Shown: positions 42,526 to 56,689 of the stretch, piece after piece
Position numbering within the stretch: the first letter of the stretch is position 1
How the letters are laid out: every line of letters starts with the position of its first letter
Assembly (NCBI GenBank): GCA_964016885.1
Contig: OZ024742.1
Coordinates: forward strand, 250,046,001 to 250,110,000
Reading direction: 5' to 3'
Source: Eledone cirrhosa
Lineage: Eukaryota
DNA: 64,000 nt
Made by a program: the position numbers and the translations under genes
Notes under the pieces: generated by a model
What the model was told of the DNA's origin: nothing
The model's database searches: none
The model's input: the letters and a program-made list of their open reading frames with translations, nothing else

Positions 42526-43561
42526 AGCTCCTATAACCATCGGCAGTAGCGAAGGGGTATGTAGTCTTGATAACCGCTTATAGGCGAGAAAAGGGACCGT
42601 CGATTACGCCCCTTTGCTTTTGCCGAGACTAAGTTAGCGACGCAGTCACTACTTTAAAATTCATAGCGAATGGTCTTCAACATGTATTTAGATAAACATA
42701 CTATATATTATCAAATATACTATACGTACATTCATATATAAATCGCTATTTCAGAACACCAATACTAATTCCGAATTTTTACTCGGCTAGCAGCTGCTCT
42801 GTTTAATCAGCTCTTCGACATTACTGGAATTCTATAAGAATCCAGCTTCTATAACTTTCTGCAGATTGGAAGGGGTATGCAAGTGACGTAATCATTAATT
42901 TAAAATTCATAGCGAATGTTTTTCAAAATGTTTTTAAATCAACATACAGTATATTATAGAAAATACTATACTTACATATATTTGTGTATGTATCTGTATG
43001 TATCTCTCTCTCTATATATATATATATGTATATATATATATACATATGTCGCGTCACTCTTGATTGCTACCGGTGACATATAACCCAGGACAACCAGTCG
43101 CATGGTTGGATCGTCGGCGACTAAACTGGCAACCCAACCAAATTTACTTGGTGATGGGGGGGGGGGGGGATTTTGGACAGCCTACAGGTCAAAACCTGAC
43201 AAAGGGCGAAGAACTCATAAGAGTCAACGGTCATCCGAAATTGTGTAAATATGTATATACACATGTACTGCGCAGTTAAACCACTGGGAGTGAAGGAACC
43301 CTAGCCTTTGTCAGGGCATTCTTCTAGGAGAAGGCAACTCAGGAAACTGGTATAACTCCGATATAAAACCTGCGGATGTTGATCTTTTCTTCTTTCCGAG
43401 TTATAGCTACTGTCGCTCAGAGTGTGAGATTGGCTCAGTAGACAGTCTTTCCTCACTTTAAAAAAAATATCTTCACGTACAGGCATTGCACGATAGAATT
43501 AATTAATAATTATTAATAATGGTATATCGCAATGGCCATACTCGATAACGAAGGGGCAGCT

Positions 43562-43608
<47 letters not shown>

Positions 43609-43699
43609 CGAAGGAAATGTGGTAAGGAACCAGGTGGACCATAACGCACCAAAGTACTCAATACTTAGGGTAGTAGAGTGGGCAATAGGAACAAGTAAG

Positions 43700-43794
43700 A
43701 CCCCGACGGCTGAGCTCAACCCGTTTCGACGGCTAATTCTGTACTGAATGAAAAATTAATTCTGGTATTTAAATAGCCGAACTTATCAAGGGGT
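43700..43794 (-). ncRNA. Type I hammerhead ribozyme, U3-A8 core variant (inverted copy)
   Basis: Reverse complement of 46293-46387. Confidence 0.75.
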
Positions 43795-45868
43795 AATTCC
43801 ATATATGGTCAAAGAGATAATCACCAGGATTGGTCACATCACAAGTTAGTAGTAAATCTGTGATGGCAAGTTGGTGGGGGAAGGGGTAGCTAAACCTGCC
43901 GGTAAGAGAAAAAGGGAAAGGGGGTGGAGTAGACCCATTCATGCGTTGGTAGTGCCAGCTACAGCTGGGTGTGAGGTCAAAGAGGATACTGGGGAGGGGG
44001 AGGGGGAGGTCGAAACGGTAAGTAGAACAATGAAAGATAAAACTGTAAAAAGTACTGAGAGAGAAAAAAAAAAAGCAAAATCTGGTTACTAAGACTTAAG
44101 TCTCTCGCTATTGCTAGGCTAAAGAAATACATAAATAAATAAATAAACAAATAAGTGAATAAAAGAATAGATAAATAAATTTTAAAAAAATATATATATA
44201 TATATATAATGTAGAATAAAAAAACAAATAATAATAATAGAAATAAACTAGGTGGGACGGAAATAAAGGGACCCTTATACGAGGTATAAGTGCGTGTATC
44301 GTACGGTGACGGGTCAACAAGGGGGGGCCAGAATACTAAAGAGACTACCACGAAAATAATAAAGGTTTCTACCCCAAACACAGGGCCAGCAACCACCCAG
44401 TGCAAGAAAGTAAACTAGTACGAGAATATAATTCAGGGTCCCGCAAAAAAATACTAGTGCTAACTCTAAGGGTACCGCCACGAAACAAAAAGTCTTATAC
44501 AAGCTACATGAAAGATCGTACGAAGTAAAAGTAAAGAACGGAAAATTAATACAGGAACCCCCCCCCCCCCCCCCCCAAAAAAAAAAAAAGGGAAAAAGAA
44601 AAAAGAGATACTGGATAAACGAGAAATTAAAGCAAAGATGCCACTAAGAAATATAGAAGGCACGGAAAAAAGTCAGCGGTCGGAGAAGGGGGCGAGTATC
44701 CGAAGTCTAACACTTCTGCTATAAAAAGCGGAGTCAGCCAAATCTATCATAGAATAGGGGAGGGGGTGGGGGTGCTGAAGCTACAAGGGACCGATGGGCT
44801 ACCTCGGGTGGGCGAGAAAAAGACGACGACAAAGAAAGGGAACTGGGGTAGAAGGACTAGGGAGGGATGGGGGAAGGAGGAAATATAGAGGAAGCGATAA
44901 AAGAATGTAAAAGCTTATATAGGATTAACCGCATGCGACTTCAAGCCCCGGCTATACCAACACAGACATACCTTCCGAAACCCGGCACGGCGTCACGCCA
45001 CTACACTTTCGGGCCACATATGGGACCTCAAGGACAACAACATCAACTATGATCTCACTTGGAAATTACTGTCCAGAGCCAACTATTACACGGGAGGACG
45101 CCGTCCGTGCAATTTATGCTCGGAGGAAACATTACGAATGTTGTTTTCGACGGACCAACTCCTAAACAAGAAAGATGAACTGGTTACTGCGTGTAAACAC
45201 CGATTACGTAGGACTTACCTCGCCCTCAAACCCCATAATGACCGGGGGGGGGGGGGGTAGACTAGGGCTATAACACCCCACTTGCCTATTTTGTAATGGG
45301 TAACCCCTACTTGCCTATGGAGACGTAAGATCTTCTTTTACATTCTTTTATCGCTTCCTCTACATTTCCTCCTTTCCCCCATCCCTTCCTAGTCCTTCTA
45401 CCCCAGTTCCCTTTCTTTGTCATCGTCTTTTTCTCGCCCACCCGAGGTAGCCCATCGGTCCCTTGTAGCTTCAGCACCCCCACCCCCTCCCCTATTCTAT
45501 GATAGACTTGGCTGACTCCGCTTTTTATAGCAGAGGTGTTAGACTTCGGATACTCGCCCCCTTCTCCGACCGCTGCCCCTTTTTTCCGTGCCTTCTATAT
45601 TTCTTAGTGGCATCTTTGCTTTAATTTCTCGGGACCCTGAATTATATTCTCGTACTAGTTTACTTTCTTGCACTGGGTGGTTGCTGGCCCTGTGTTTGGG
45701 GTAGAAACCTTTATTATTTTCGTGGTAGTCGCTTTAGTATTCTGCCCCCCCCCCCCCCTGTTGACCCGTCACCGTACGATACACGCACTTATACCTCGTA
45801 TAAGGGTCCCTTTATTTCCGTCCCACCTAGTTTATTTCTATTATTATTATTTATTTTTTTATTCTACA

Positions 45869-45900
<32 letters not shown>

Positions 45901-46292
45901 AAATTTATTTATCTATTCTTTTATTCACTTATTTGTTTATTTATTTATTTATGTATTTCTTTAGCCTAGCAATAGCGAGAGACTTAAGTCTTAGTAACCA
46001 GATTTTGCTTTTTTTTTTTTCTCTCTCAGTACCTTTTACAGTTTTACCTTTCATTGTTCTACTTACCGTTTCGACCTCCTCCCCCTCCCCCTCCCCAGTA
46101 TCCTCTTTGACCTCACACCCAGCTGTAGCTGGCACTACCAACGCATGAATGGGTCTACTCCACCCCCTCTCCCTTTTTCTCCTACCGGCAGGTTTAGCTA
46201 CTCCTTCCCCCACCAACTTGCCATCACAGATTTACTACTAACTTGTGATGTGACCAATCCTGGTGATTATCTCTTTGACCATATATGGAATT

Positions 46293-46387
46293 ACCCCTTG
46301 ATAAGTTCGGCTATTTAAATACCAGAATTAATTTTTCATTCAGTACAGAATTAGCCGTCGAAACAGCTTGAGCTCAGCCGTCGGGGT
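46293..46387 (+). ncRNA. Type I hammerhead ribozyme, U3-A8 core variant
   Basis: ACCCC-TTGATAA-stem II CGGCTA/TAGCCG-GAAA-C(A/G)GC tTGAGCTCA GCCG-TC-GGGGT. GUC cleavage triplet. Confidence 0.78.
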
Positions 46388-46397
46388 CTTACTTGTT

Positions 46398-46446
<49 letters not shown>

Positions 46447-47019
46447 TTGGAGGTAGATTGATAGCTCCAAGGAAATGAAGGAAAGGAAAGAGGGAAGTAA
46501 GGAGGAGAAAGAATGTAAAACAGGTCATAAGGAAAATTGAAAATCAAGAATTTAGAAGTTTGAGGAACTATCCAAAGTAAATGGATGGGGCCCAGTCGTC
46601 CAAGGGATAGATACATCAGTATACATATATATATCAATATACTATGGATTTGATGAAGGGTATATATAGGCTATATATTATATAGACTATATATATCAAT
46701 ATACTATGGATTTGGTGAATGGTATATATAGGCTATATATTATAAGCTAACTAAAGAGTTTTAGGAAGGCTTTATATGGGTGTGTGGTTTTAAGCGTTGA
46801 CCATGACAAAGAATTTTTTATTCTAATCTGTAATTTAAATACTATGTTTCGAAAATTGTTGTTGACAAATGTATATGCTCATATATAATATAGTCTATAA
46901 TTTTTAGACCAACCAAGATTCGATACAACAAAGGTTTTTAATGAACACACATACACGCTATATATACATATATATATTTAAACAAGAAGTGCAAGTCAAA
47001 AGGCTAAAATTAACTTCGT

Positions 47020-47345
47020 TTATCATAATCAATCGCTGTTATATATATTTTGGTGAAAACCAATATTCAACAGCTATGACCTCATCAGACAGCTAAATCT
47101 CGCACAGAAAAGTACAGAAAAACGTAATGATGGCACAAAGATTACCTCCGTTATTTCGGTCCTTTGATATCCCCTGTCCCGGAAAACAACAACATACTTC
47201 GGGACAGTTCATATCAAATGATCGAAATAATGGAGGTAAACTTCCTTCCAGCATTATGCTTTTCTGTTCAAATTCTAGCTGTCTGATGAGGTCATAACTT
47301 TGAATAATGGTTATCACCAAAATGTATATAACAACAAATATGAAT
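47020..47345. repeat. ~325-bp imperfect fold-back with a hammerhead on each arm (47035-47093 minus; 47278-47335 plus)
   Basis: Arms read GCTGT-CTGATGA-GGTCATA..CACC-AAAA-T(A/G)TATA-TA-ACA(G/A)C. The interior also pairs (TTACCTCC/GGAGGTAA, CTGTCCC/GGGACAG). Confidence 0.75.
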
Positions 47346-47482
47346 AAATGAAATTAATTTTAACTGTTGACTTACACTTCTTGTTTTTAAATTACTCCTG
47401 AGTAAACAGATCCACCTGCGTACCTCGTTGAGTGCTCTACCCTGCATGATGAAGTGTCTGTAACCAACCAACACATACTCAA

Positions 47483-47555
<73 letters not shown>

Positions 47556-48328
47556 TTCGTAGACCCTCCCAAAGTATAACAATATATATATATATATATA
47601 TATATATGAGTGTGTCTGTGTTTGAGTATGTTTGTGCATATTATATCATTGTATATTACATCTATGAATATTTTCCCGATTGCTTTGAAATCGTGTAATG
47701 TTTCACTGTTGACTGTAATGTGTTACTGTTGGTTTTAGACGACCAGCCAAATACCAGCTGCTCTTTGCACCTCCTCATCCCGTCCACATATTTCCATCTG
47801 ATCGAGCTTTCATTTGATGACTGACGACATGTGCTTACTTGACGACCTTACAGAAGAATATTCATTAAATCATTTTAGTAGATGACGTCGTGTTAGAAGT
47901 TTCCCACAGTGACATCATATGAGCGAATTTCTTCTGTTTGAGCGTGATTTTTTGTGCGTCTTGACTGACATAGAAGTTACACCATAATATAATGGCATCT
48001 GACTCACCTAGCAGACAAGGAGCAAACAGTTTGCAACCTTGACGCAACATCTTGTAGCTCGTAGTCTTTGATATTTTAACACCCTTCTCCAGATGTTACA
48101 TCAACAGGACATAGAAATGTTTTCTAGTTAAGAGCGATAACATTCAATAAAAATAGTTAGAAGTAGCAATCGATTATATCCACAGCAACAAAATGCTCAT
48201 AAGAAATTGATTTAAACGTAAATGAGTAGCAATAAGAGACAAACTGATGTCAGTCAAAAGTGTCAGTTGTGGTTACCAACCATAAAGACATGCCTTTATT
48301 TCACCAATATTTTCTCAAACCGTATTCC

Positions 48329-48480
<152 letters not shown>

Positions 48481-48712
48481 ATACATTAACAGAGAACGCT
48501 TTAATCAATACTCCGACAGGCTTCCGTCTCACTCAACAAACATTAGGATATACCTTAGTATAATCCCACTTATACGTTTGGGGTGCTAACTATACGTATT
48601 TTGCGGATAGCCAGTTGTATTATTTTATATGAGACATAATTAAAATAATCTCTCTTTCCAAACGATCGTTTCATTATAAGTTTTCTACAAATTGGGAAAA
48701 TAATGTCCTGGT

Positions 48713-48765
<53 letters not shown>

Positions 48766-48767
<2 letters not shown>

Positions 48768-48896
48768 CGAAAGAAATGTGGTAAGGAACTAGGTGGACCA
48801 TAACGCACCAAAGTACTCAATACTTAGGGTAGTAGAGTGGGTAATAGGAACGAGTAGGACCCCGACGGCTGAGCTCAAGCCGTTTCGACGGCTAAT
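48766..48896 (-). mobile_element. Solo pLTR 3' end of the 43.6-46.4 kb family (others at 24018-24065, 56140-56222, 63119-63292)
   Basis: Near-identical to 43607-43736. Embedded in (TA)n. Confidence 0.85.
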
Positions 48897-50778
48897 ATAT
48901 ATATATATTATGTCTATCTCATGTCTGGATGAACAAAATAAGGAAAAGAAAGAAGCTGATACTTTGATCTGATTAAAAAAACTATGTTGTCATTGGTCTT
49001 TCCAATGCCCATATTATCTCTCGTTCGCAACGTCTTTCAGAGGCGTCAACAATTTTCTGATAACAGGGGGCGTAATTGAGCGCAGAGAATCAAAATACAT
49101 ACACATATATACACAAATGTACACACTCACTGACACACATACGCACACATACACACACACAAACACATACACACACAAACGTACATGCTTGTACAATCCA
49201 AAAACACACCTTAAAAATACTAGATTGAATAAAATAGAAAAAGGGAAGACAAAAAGTAACAAGAATAGCCATTGAAGAGGTCACACAATATGTGACAAAA
49301 GAGCTTTAACAATTAACATGATGATTAACAACTATACAGCCATCTGGTTATTAAACTAATAGATTTAGTTACTCAACTAATAATAAACTGAAGTGAAAAT
49401 CAAATGGTGCGTGTGTTTTTATTGGCCTCATGACCCTCCCAAAGTATAACAGTAAAACTATGAACTTATTTAAATATATAGACTCCATGTCCAACGAAAT
49501 TGTCGGAGAGGGCTGAATAAGAAAAGGAGTTTATTAGCCATAACAATGCCAACTATTTCTATATTTAACTGTCAACCATGGCAATTGACAAGTTCTGTAG
49601 AATTTTACTCAAGAACAAGACATTCCTCAATTACCTCCATAACCTACCCCCTGCTAAAAAATTTGGTAATTTTAGCAGAGAACCATTAAATCCACACTGA
49701 CAGAAACACAAAGAATATCCTATTTCTAAAATGTCATATCACACTTGTCTCTGTGATATCTGATAAAGGCTACATCTGCTGCCAAAATTATATAGCCTTT
49801 TGTTTTGTTTTGTTTTGAGGGGTTTTTTTTTTCGTAGAAAGATCTTTAAAAGTCCGTAAATATTACTTAAATCTTCTTAATATATACATGGGTGCATTTG
49901 TGCTCATATGCACATATATGTATGTATATATTTGTCTGAATACCATTTATACTGAGCACTCCTTTCATGCATTTTCACCTTACCCTTTGTTTACACTCAA
50001 GATTAGGGCATCATTTCTTTCCTCTTTTCCTATATTTTATAACGATGCTTAGTCTAGTGCCAAGAGATTATGCTACGCTGAGATGTAATAAGATCGAAAT
50101 ATGTCCGTTAATTTCGCAATATTGCCTTATAGACAAGGTCCACGTCTACTACATTGCCTTAAATTGTTCAAACATACTTGGACCAGCCAAAGCTATAAAG
50201 GTTCTCTGATTTGCTTCCTTACAGGCACCTATCCCACCCTGTTCAAGAGCATAATCGTTTAAAATTGCGACGATAGTCTAGGTTAATTGGAGTTTTCCCC
50301 CAATCACCATTCTATTTGAAATATATGCAATATTCTATTTGTATGCATACACTTAATGCAGTGCTTTCTCCTCGTGCAGTTTCGTTTTAACCTGGTCTAT
50401 GTTGTTCTCGATATATAATAAAATCAGATTGCAAAGGGAGAAATGCCTTTAATACTAGGATCACCACCTTCAATACTACCACCAATACCTCCGTCAGCCT
50501 ACCATTACCAAACCACCAGCATCCCCATTACCACCACTGCCACCTAATAAAAGCCAGTAAATTAAGATCCTCCTTTCTTAATAGCCCCTAAAGGAACTAC
50601 GATGTTCCTTTGTTTGCTTATGCCCACCACCCCTGAATATACTCTGCTTTTGTTTCCCTTTCTCACAAAGAAATTCCTTCTCAATCACACACATACATAC
50701 ACATGAACGCACTCACAAACACTTACAGACACACTTATAAGGTGCCTCTATCTCTATCTCACTCACTCTCTCTCTCTC

Positions 50779-50851
<73 letters not shown>

Positions 50852-50943
50852 CATACACGCACAGACATACACATATACACATACCTATATACATACATCA
50901 CTTATACACATACCTATATACATACACGCAATCTCCGCTTTTG

Positions 50944-51024
<81 letters not shown>

Positions 51025-51299
51025 TACAGCTTTATTTTAAAAAAACACACACATGGTCATACTCACTCTCATTCACTCTCACCCCCTCTCTCTCTCTCTC
51101 ATACACACACACACACACACACAAACTATTACACACATACACGCCCAGACATGCCGTTGGTGTTAAGACAGCAATAAACGCCATCTTGTTTCTAATTAAT
51201 GGAGATATTGCGTCTTTTGAGGTTTTTTAGTCAGCGAACCTTGCGACATTATCTTGGCATAAAAATGTGCACTTATAATGCTACTTACTGAAGAAATTA

Positions 51300-51367
51300 A
51301 ACCATCACCATTGCAATAACTACCATCCTCATACAACTCCTCCTTCTCCTTCTCCCGCTCCTCCTCC

Positions 51368-51398
<31 letters not shown>

Positions 51399-51751
51399 CA
51401 TCATATTCATCATCATAATTATCATCATCATCATCATCATCATCTTAAACATCATCCTCACCATCATCATTTCCATCGCCCTTTTCATTATCTCAAAACC
51501 TTCATCATTATCACCATCCTCATCATCTTCATCATCATCATCATCTTAAACATCATTTTCGCCATCATCATTTCCATCACGATTTTCAACATCTCAAGAC
51601 CTTCATCATCATCATCATCATTATCATGATCATCACCATTATCAACATCGTCGTCGCCAGCATCACCATCATCATCTCTATAACTATCATATTCATTATT
51701 TCAACAGCATCCTTATTATCAGCATCGCTATCATCATCATCATCATCATCG

Positions 51752-51795
<44 letters not shown>

Positions 51796-52557
51796 TTCAC
51801 CATCATCAGGATCATCAATAGCAACATAATCTTCATTATCATGACCATTATCATCAGTATCACCAATATCATTATTGACAGTATCATCATCATAAACTTC
51901 ATCATCAACATCAATATCATGAAAAGGACTACCAACATCATCATTAACATCAACATTACCAACGTCAACAGCATTATTAACATCATCATTATCGTCATTG
52001 TCACTATCATCATCCACCACTTCCACCACCACCTCATTAATACTATAACTATAATCATCACATCAACTATATTGTCTTAATTATATTTTTTCCGACATCA
52101 AAAGTATCTTTGTCTCTCATAACCAACGGTGCGAAACACCCTCGAGATTATCTCCCTTGATACACTTTCACTTTTTTCTTTCTCCTTTCTTCTTCTTTCC
52201 CGGCAGTTATTATTGTTGTTATTGTTTGTTGTTCTTATTGTTGATGTTGTTTTTGTTGTTCTTATTGTTGTTATTGTTCGTTTTAGTATTGTTGCTGTTG
52301 TTGCTTCTTCCTTAATTCCTTTTGGCGTCAACAAAACTCTAAGATGTTGCACCACCGTTAACCCTAAGTAGGCTAACACAATACAAGAATCTAGAATAGT
52401 TAGATACACACACACATAACTATACACACACACATATATATATATATATGTATTTGTATGTGTGTGTATGTGTATTTGTATATATGTATATGCATATATA
52501 CACTCATATAATATATCTTCAAAATATTTTAATGAAAAATATACTGGTACAATATAT

Positions 52558-52591
<34 letters not shown>

Positions 52592-52592
52592 C

Positions 52593-52670
<78 letters not shown>

Positions 52671-52715
52671 GGTGGTGGTAATAGCAGTAGTAGTAGTAGT
52701 GGTAATAGCAGCAGC

Positions 52716-52773
<58 letters not shown>

Positions 52774-52775
52774 TA
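51300..52775. repeat. Trinucleotide low-complexity region: (CAT)n, (TTG)n, (TTA)n, (TAG)n
   Basis: Directly visible simple repeats. Confidence 0.9.
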
Positions 52776-53219
52776 TGAAGGTAAAGAGAACATTATTAAT
52801 ATTACCATTATGCCGTGCTGTTTGTTTTTGTGGGTTTTTTTTCTTTTTATTGTATATTTTCGTTTGTCTCGTCTAGCAACCGTTTATCATCCTCATTAGC
52901 AACATTACCACCGCAAGTAGCAACATATTCATCATAATCACCACCAGCATCACCACATTCAGCTTCAGTATCATCAGTAACAGAACCATTATCATAATCA
53001 TCACCATCATTATCACCATTACTATCACCAGAATCACCAGAATTATCATCGCCTAAATTACAACCAGAACTACCATAATCATCAGTTTCATCCGCAAAAC
53101 CACAACAACCAGCACCATTATCTTCACCATGAACATCACCACCTTTAACAATGTCACAACTACCATCATGAATCTCATTAGGATAATCACTGTCACTATC
53201 ACATCCTTTTATCTTACAC

Positions 53220-55310
53220 CTATAATCTCTACGGTTGTACCTATTATCACATGGTACCTAATATTACCTCTACTAATGTGTCTAATATTATCCCATGGTA
53301 CCTATTATTATCACATGGTACCTCTTATTACCCCTACTTGTGTACCTATTATTACCTCTACTGTTGTACCTATTGTTATCTCATGGCACCTTTTATTACC
53401 ACTACCGTTGTACCTATTATTATCATATGGTAGCTATTATTACCTCTACCGTTGTGCCTATTATCGCATGGTACCCATTATTACCTCTACCGTTGTGTCT
53501 ATTATCACATGGTACATATCATTAGCTCTACAATTGTACCTGTTATTATCACATGGTACCTATTATTACTACTGCCGTTGTGCTTGTTATTATCACATGG
53601 TACATACTATCACCTCTAGCGTTGTACCTGTTATCACAACAGTGAGACATAATATCGCTACTGCAGTAAGTCATCTCTCTACTGTAGTACCAATACTCAC
53701 CAATGTGGTATTATCATCTCTACTGTAGTACCAATACTCACCAATGTGGTATTATCATCTCTACTGTAGTACCAATACTCACCAATGTGGTATTATCATC
53801 TCTACTGTAGTACCAATAACCACTAATGTGGTACCTATTATCTTTACTGTACTACCAATAACCACTAATGTGGTACCTATTATCTTTACTGTAGTACCTA
53901 TTATCTTTACTGTAGTACCTATTATCTTTACTGTAGTACCAATAATCGCCAATGTGTACCTACTATCTTTACTATAGTACCAATAATCACTAATGTGGTA
54001 CCTATCATCACTAGCGTAGTACCAATAATCACCAATGTGGTAGCTATTATCACTACTGTAGTACCAATAATCGCCAATGTGTACCTACTATCTTTACTAT
54101 AGTACCAATAATCACTAATGTGGTACCTATTATCACTACTGTAGTACCAATAATCACCAATGTGGTACCTATTATCACTACTGTAGTACCAATAACCACC
54201 AATGTGGTACCTATCATCACTACTGTAGTACCAATAATCACTAATGTGGTACCTATTATCACTACTGTAGTACCAATAACCACCAATGTGGTACCTATTA
54301 TCACTACTGTAGTACCAATAATCACTAATGTGGTACCTATTATCACTACTGTAGTACCAATAACCACCAATGTGGTACCTATTATCACTACTGTAGTACC
54401 AATAATCACTAATGTGGTACCTATCATCACTACTGTAGTACCAATAATCACTAATGTGGTACCTATCATCACTACTGTAGTACCAATAATCACTAATGTG
54501 GTACCTATCATCACTACTGTAGTACCAATAATCACTAATGTGGTAGCTATTATCACTACTGTAGTACCAATAATCACCAATGTGTACCTACTATCATTAC
54601 TGTAGTACCAATAATCACTAATGTGGTACCTATCATCACTACTGTATTACGAATACTCACCAATATGGTACCTATTATTACTACTGTAGTAAAATAATCA
54701 CCAATTTGGTACCATTTATCTTTACTGTAGTACCAATAATTACCAATGTGGTACCTATTATCACTTCTGTAGTACCAATAATCACTAATGTGGTGCCTAT
54801 TATCACTACTGTAGTACCAATAATCACCAATGTGGTACCTATTATAACTACTGTTGTACCATTAATCTCTAAAAAAAAAGTCTAAACTCTGTCTTAAACC
54901 AGAAGGTTCATTTGGCCGGTGCTTATCTCGGTTTCATGGCGTGATGCGACTGAGAGTACGAGACTTCCCCCTGGACAAGACGACAGTCCATCGCAGGTTT
55001 AAACCTCCAGCTATTGCTGGTACTCAATTTCAGCTGAGTATACTGGAGCAACGTGAAATGAACTGTTTTGCTCAAGAACACAATACGCAACCCAGGAATA
55101 GAGCCCACGACATTATGATCGTAAGTCCAACACCCTAACCACTAGGCCATGGGCTTCCACATAATAATCTCTAATGTGGTGCCTATTAACACTACTGTAT
55201 TACCAATGTGGTGCCTATGCACTACTGTATTACCAATGTGGTGCCTATTATCACTTCTATAGTACGAATAATTACCAATGTGGTACCTACTATCCCTACT
55301 GTTGTACCGT
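53220..55310 (+). repeat. Minisatellite: 21-bp monomer arranged as a 42-bp dimer
   Basis: GTAGTACCAATAATCACTAAT alternates with GTGGTACCTATTATCACTACT. Homogeneous at 54100-54600, diverged at the edges. Confidence 0.95.
54873..55162 (-). mobile_element. CORE-type SINE inserted in the minisatellite
   Basis: Same family as 30655-30908. Possible TSD TAATCTCTAA at 54863-54872 and 55165-55174. Confidence 0.8.
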
Positions 55311-55494
55311 ACTCAGACCTATTATCAACATCGTACTTCATATATCATAATAAGTATTTCCTCGTTAAATATAAAGTTACAACTTCTACTTTCTGTACTT
55401 TGTGTTATTAATTTAAACATCATCCACGTCAACACTAATTTGTTCTAACAGATGATATGTATACTCTACTGATGCACATATACACACACACAGA

Positions 55495-55638
<144 letters not shown>

Positions 55639-55746
55639 TAAACGGAATAGAAAATGCTGACAAATTGTTCACAGTGAAAGATAGTTTAATTAGGAATAAG
55701 TGAGAATTAGTAATTGTATTGGTTAGTATTCAGTTTTGGTTTCAAG

Positions 55747-55783
55747 TTCTACCGGTTGCGCATTTCTAAATGCTTTTCAAAAA
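55747..55783 (-). ncRNA. Hammerhead-like motif with variant core (UUGAAAA / GCAA)
   Basis: Reverse complement: TTT-TTGAAAA-GCATTT ag AAATGC-GCAA-CCGG-TA-GAA. Lies in repeat 55634-55830, which is homologous to 7162-7340. Confidence 0.5.
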
Positions 55784-56689
55784 TAATTTTGAGATAGAGC
55801 GTCCGTGATGTTTGCTCTGATCTGATTAGTTTTGGGAATTTTACCTGTTTTTATGTTTAAAAAGTGGCTCCAGCGGTATTAAAATAGGCTTTAGTGCCAA
55901 TTCGTGCTGCACAAATTCTTGTGGTCAAAACAATTTTGATTGGTCGGTAGAGGTCATGTGAATGTAAAAAATTGATTTTTGCGCCAAGACTGAGAAATGA
56001 CTCTTTCACAGCAAATATGTGTGTGTGTGTGTGTAGTAGTAGTAGTAGTAAAGTGTTCGTTGTTGTGATAATGGTTAGCAGGGATGTGTGTGCGACCGCA
56101 GCCTGTTGACAGTTTTAATGCCTATTACACAGGTGATTCTTTTCATATTACCCACTTTACTACCACAAGTATCGAGTACTCTGGTGCGTTAGGGTCCACC
56201 TGGTATCTTACCGCACCCTCTCTGATATATATATATATATATGTATATTATGCAATATATATATATATAGTGTGTGTGTGGTGTGTGTCTGTCTGTAACA
56301 AAAACATGTAAATACAATACAAATGAATAACATAATACAATACTGGTTATTTGTGAAACGTTTATGAGAATTTGGACAGGATATATAATATTAGGCATGC
56401 CAGTTCTTCGTAGAAAGATTGACATATAGTGATAAGTAGATGTTTTCCAGGCAAAAAAATAATTGAAGACAATATTCCCAATAAAACACACGCACTAGTT
56501 CAATTTCACTTTAGCTTCATTATTATTAGTTATTGGAGAAAATGCATGTGTTAGGTCAAAAGTTTCTGGGAAAATATTGTATTTCCCAAAATGACTGACT
56601 ATATATATATATATGACAGCTGCAACGTCTGCCAAGAGTATTGCAATCGCTTGTCAGATTCAAAATTATGGACACCATCATTCACCATT

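Larger units (their letters stand above)
43607..46400. mobile_element. 5'-truncated Penelope-like insertion with an inverted copy of its 3' UTR/pLTR (long inverted repeat)
   Basis: Arm 43686-44912 is the reverse complement of 45335-46400; the right arm lacks ~44440-44622. The spacer 44913-45250 encodes AYIGLTACDFKPRLYQH..IWDLK..CNLCSEE..LLNK..CKH (GIY-YIG). (TA)n at both ends. Confidence 0.93.

Noticed and set aside
47700-48110. Complex-looking unique sequence as a possible host exon (also 35110-35290, 33690-33810)
   Set aside because: Short or interrupted frames, no recognisable domain and no clear splice sites.
51297-52899. Poly-D/M/T/V ORFs resembling acidic or mucin-like proteins
   Set aside because: They derive from (CAT)n/(TAG)n repeats. 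I saw no splice signals or non-repetitive domain.
54053-54605. VVPIITT repeat protein or CRISPR-like array
   Set aside because: It is a tandem 21-bp minisatellite with no unique spacers or cas genes. The open frames follow from the unit length.
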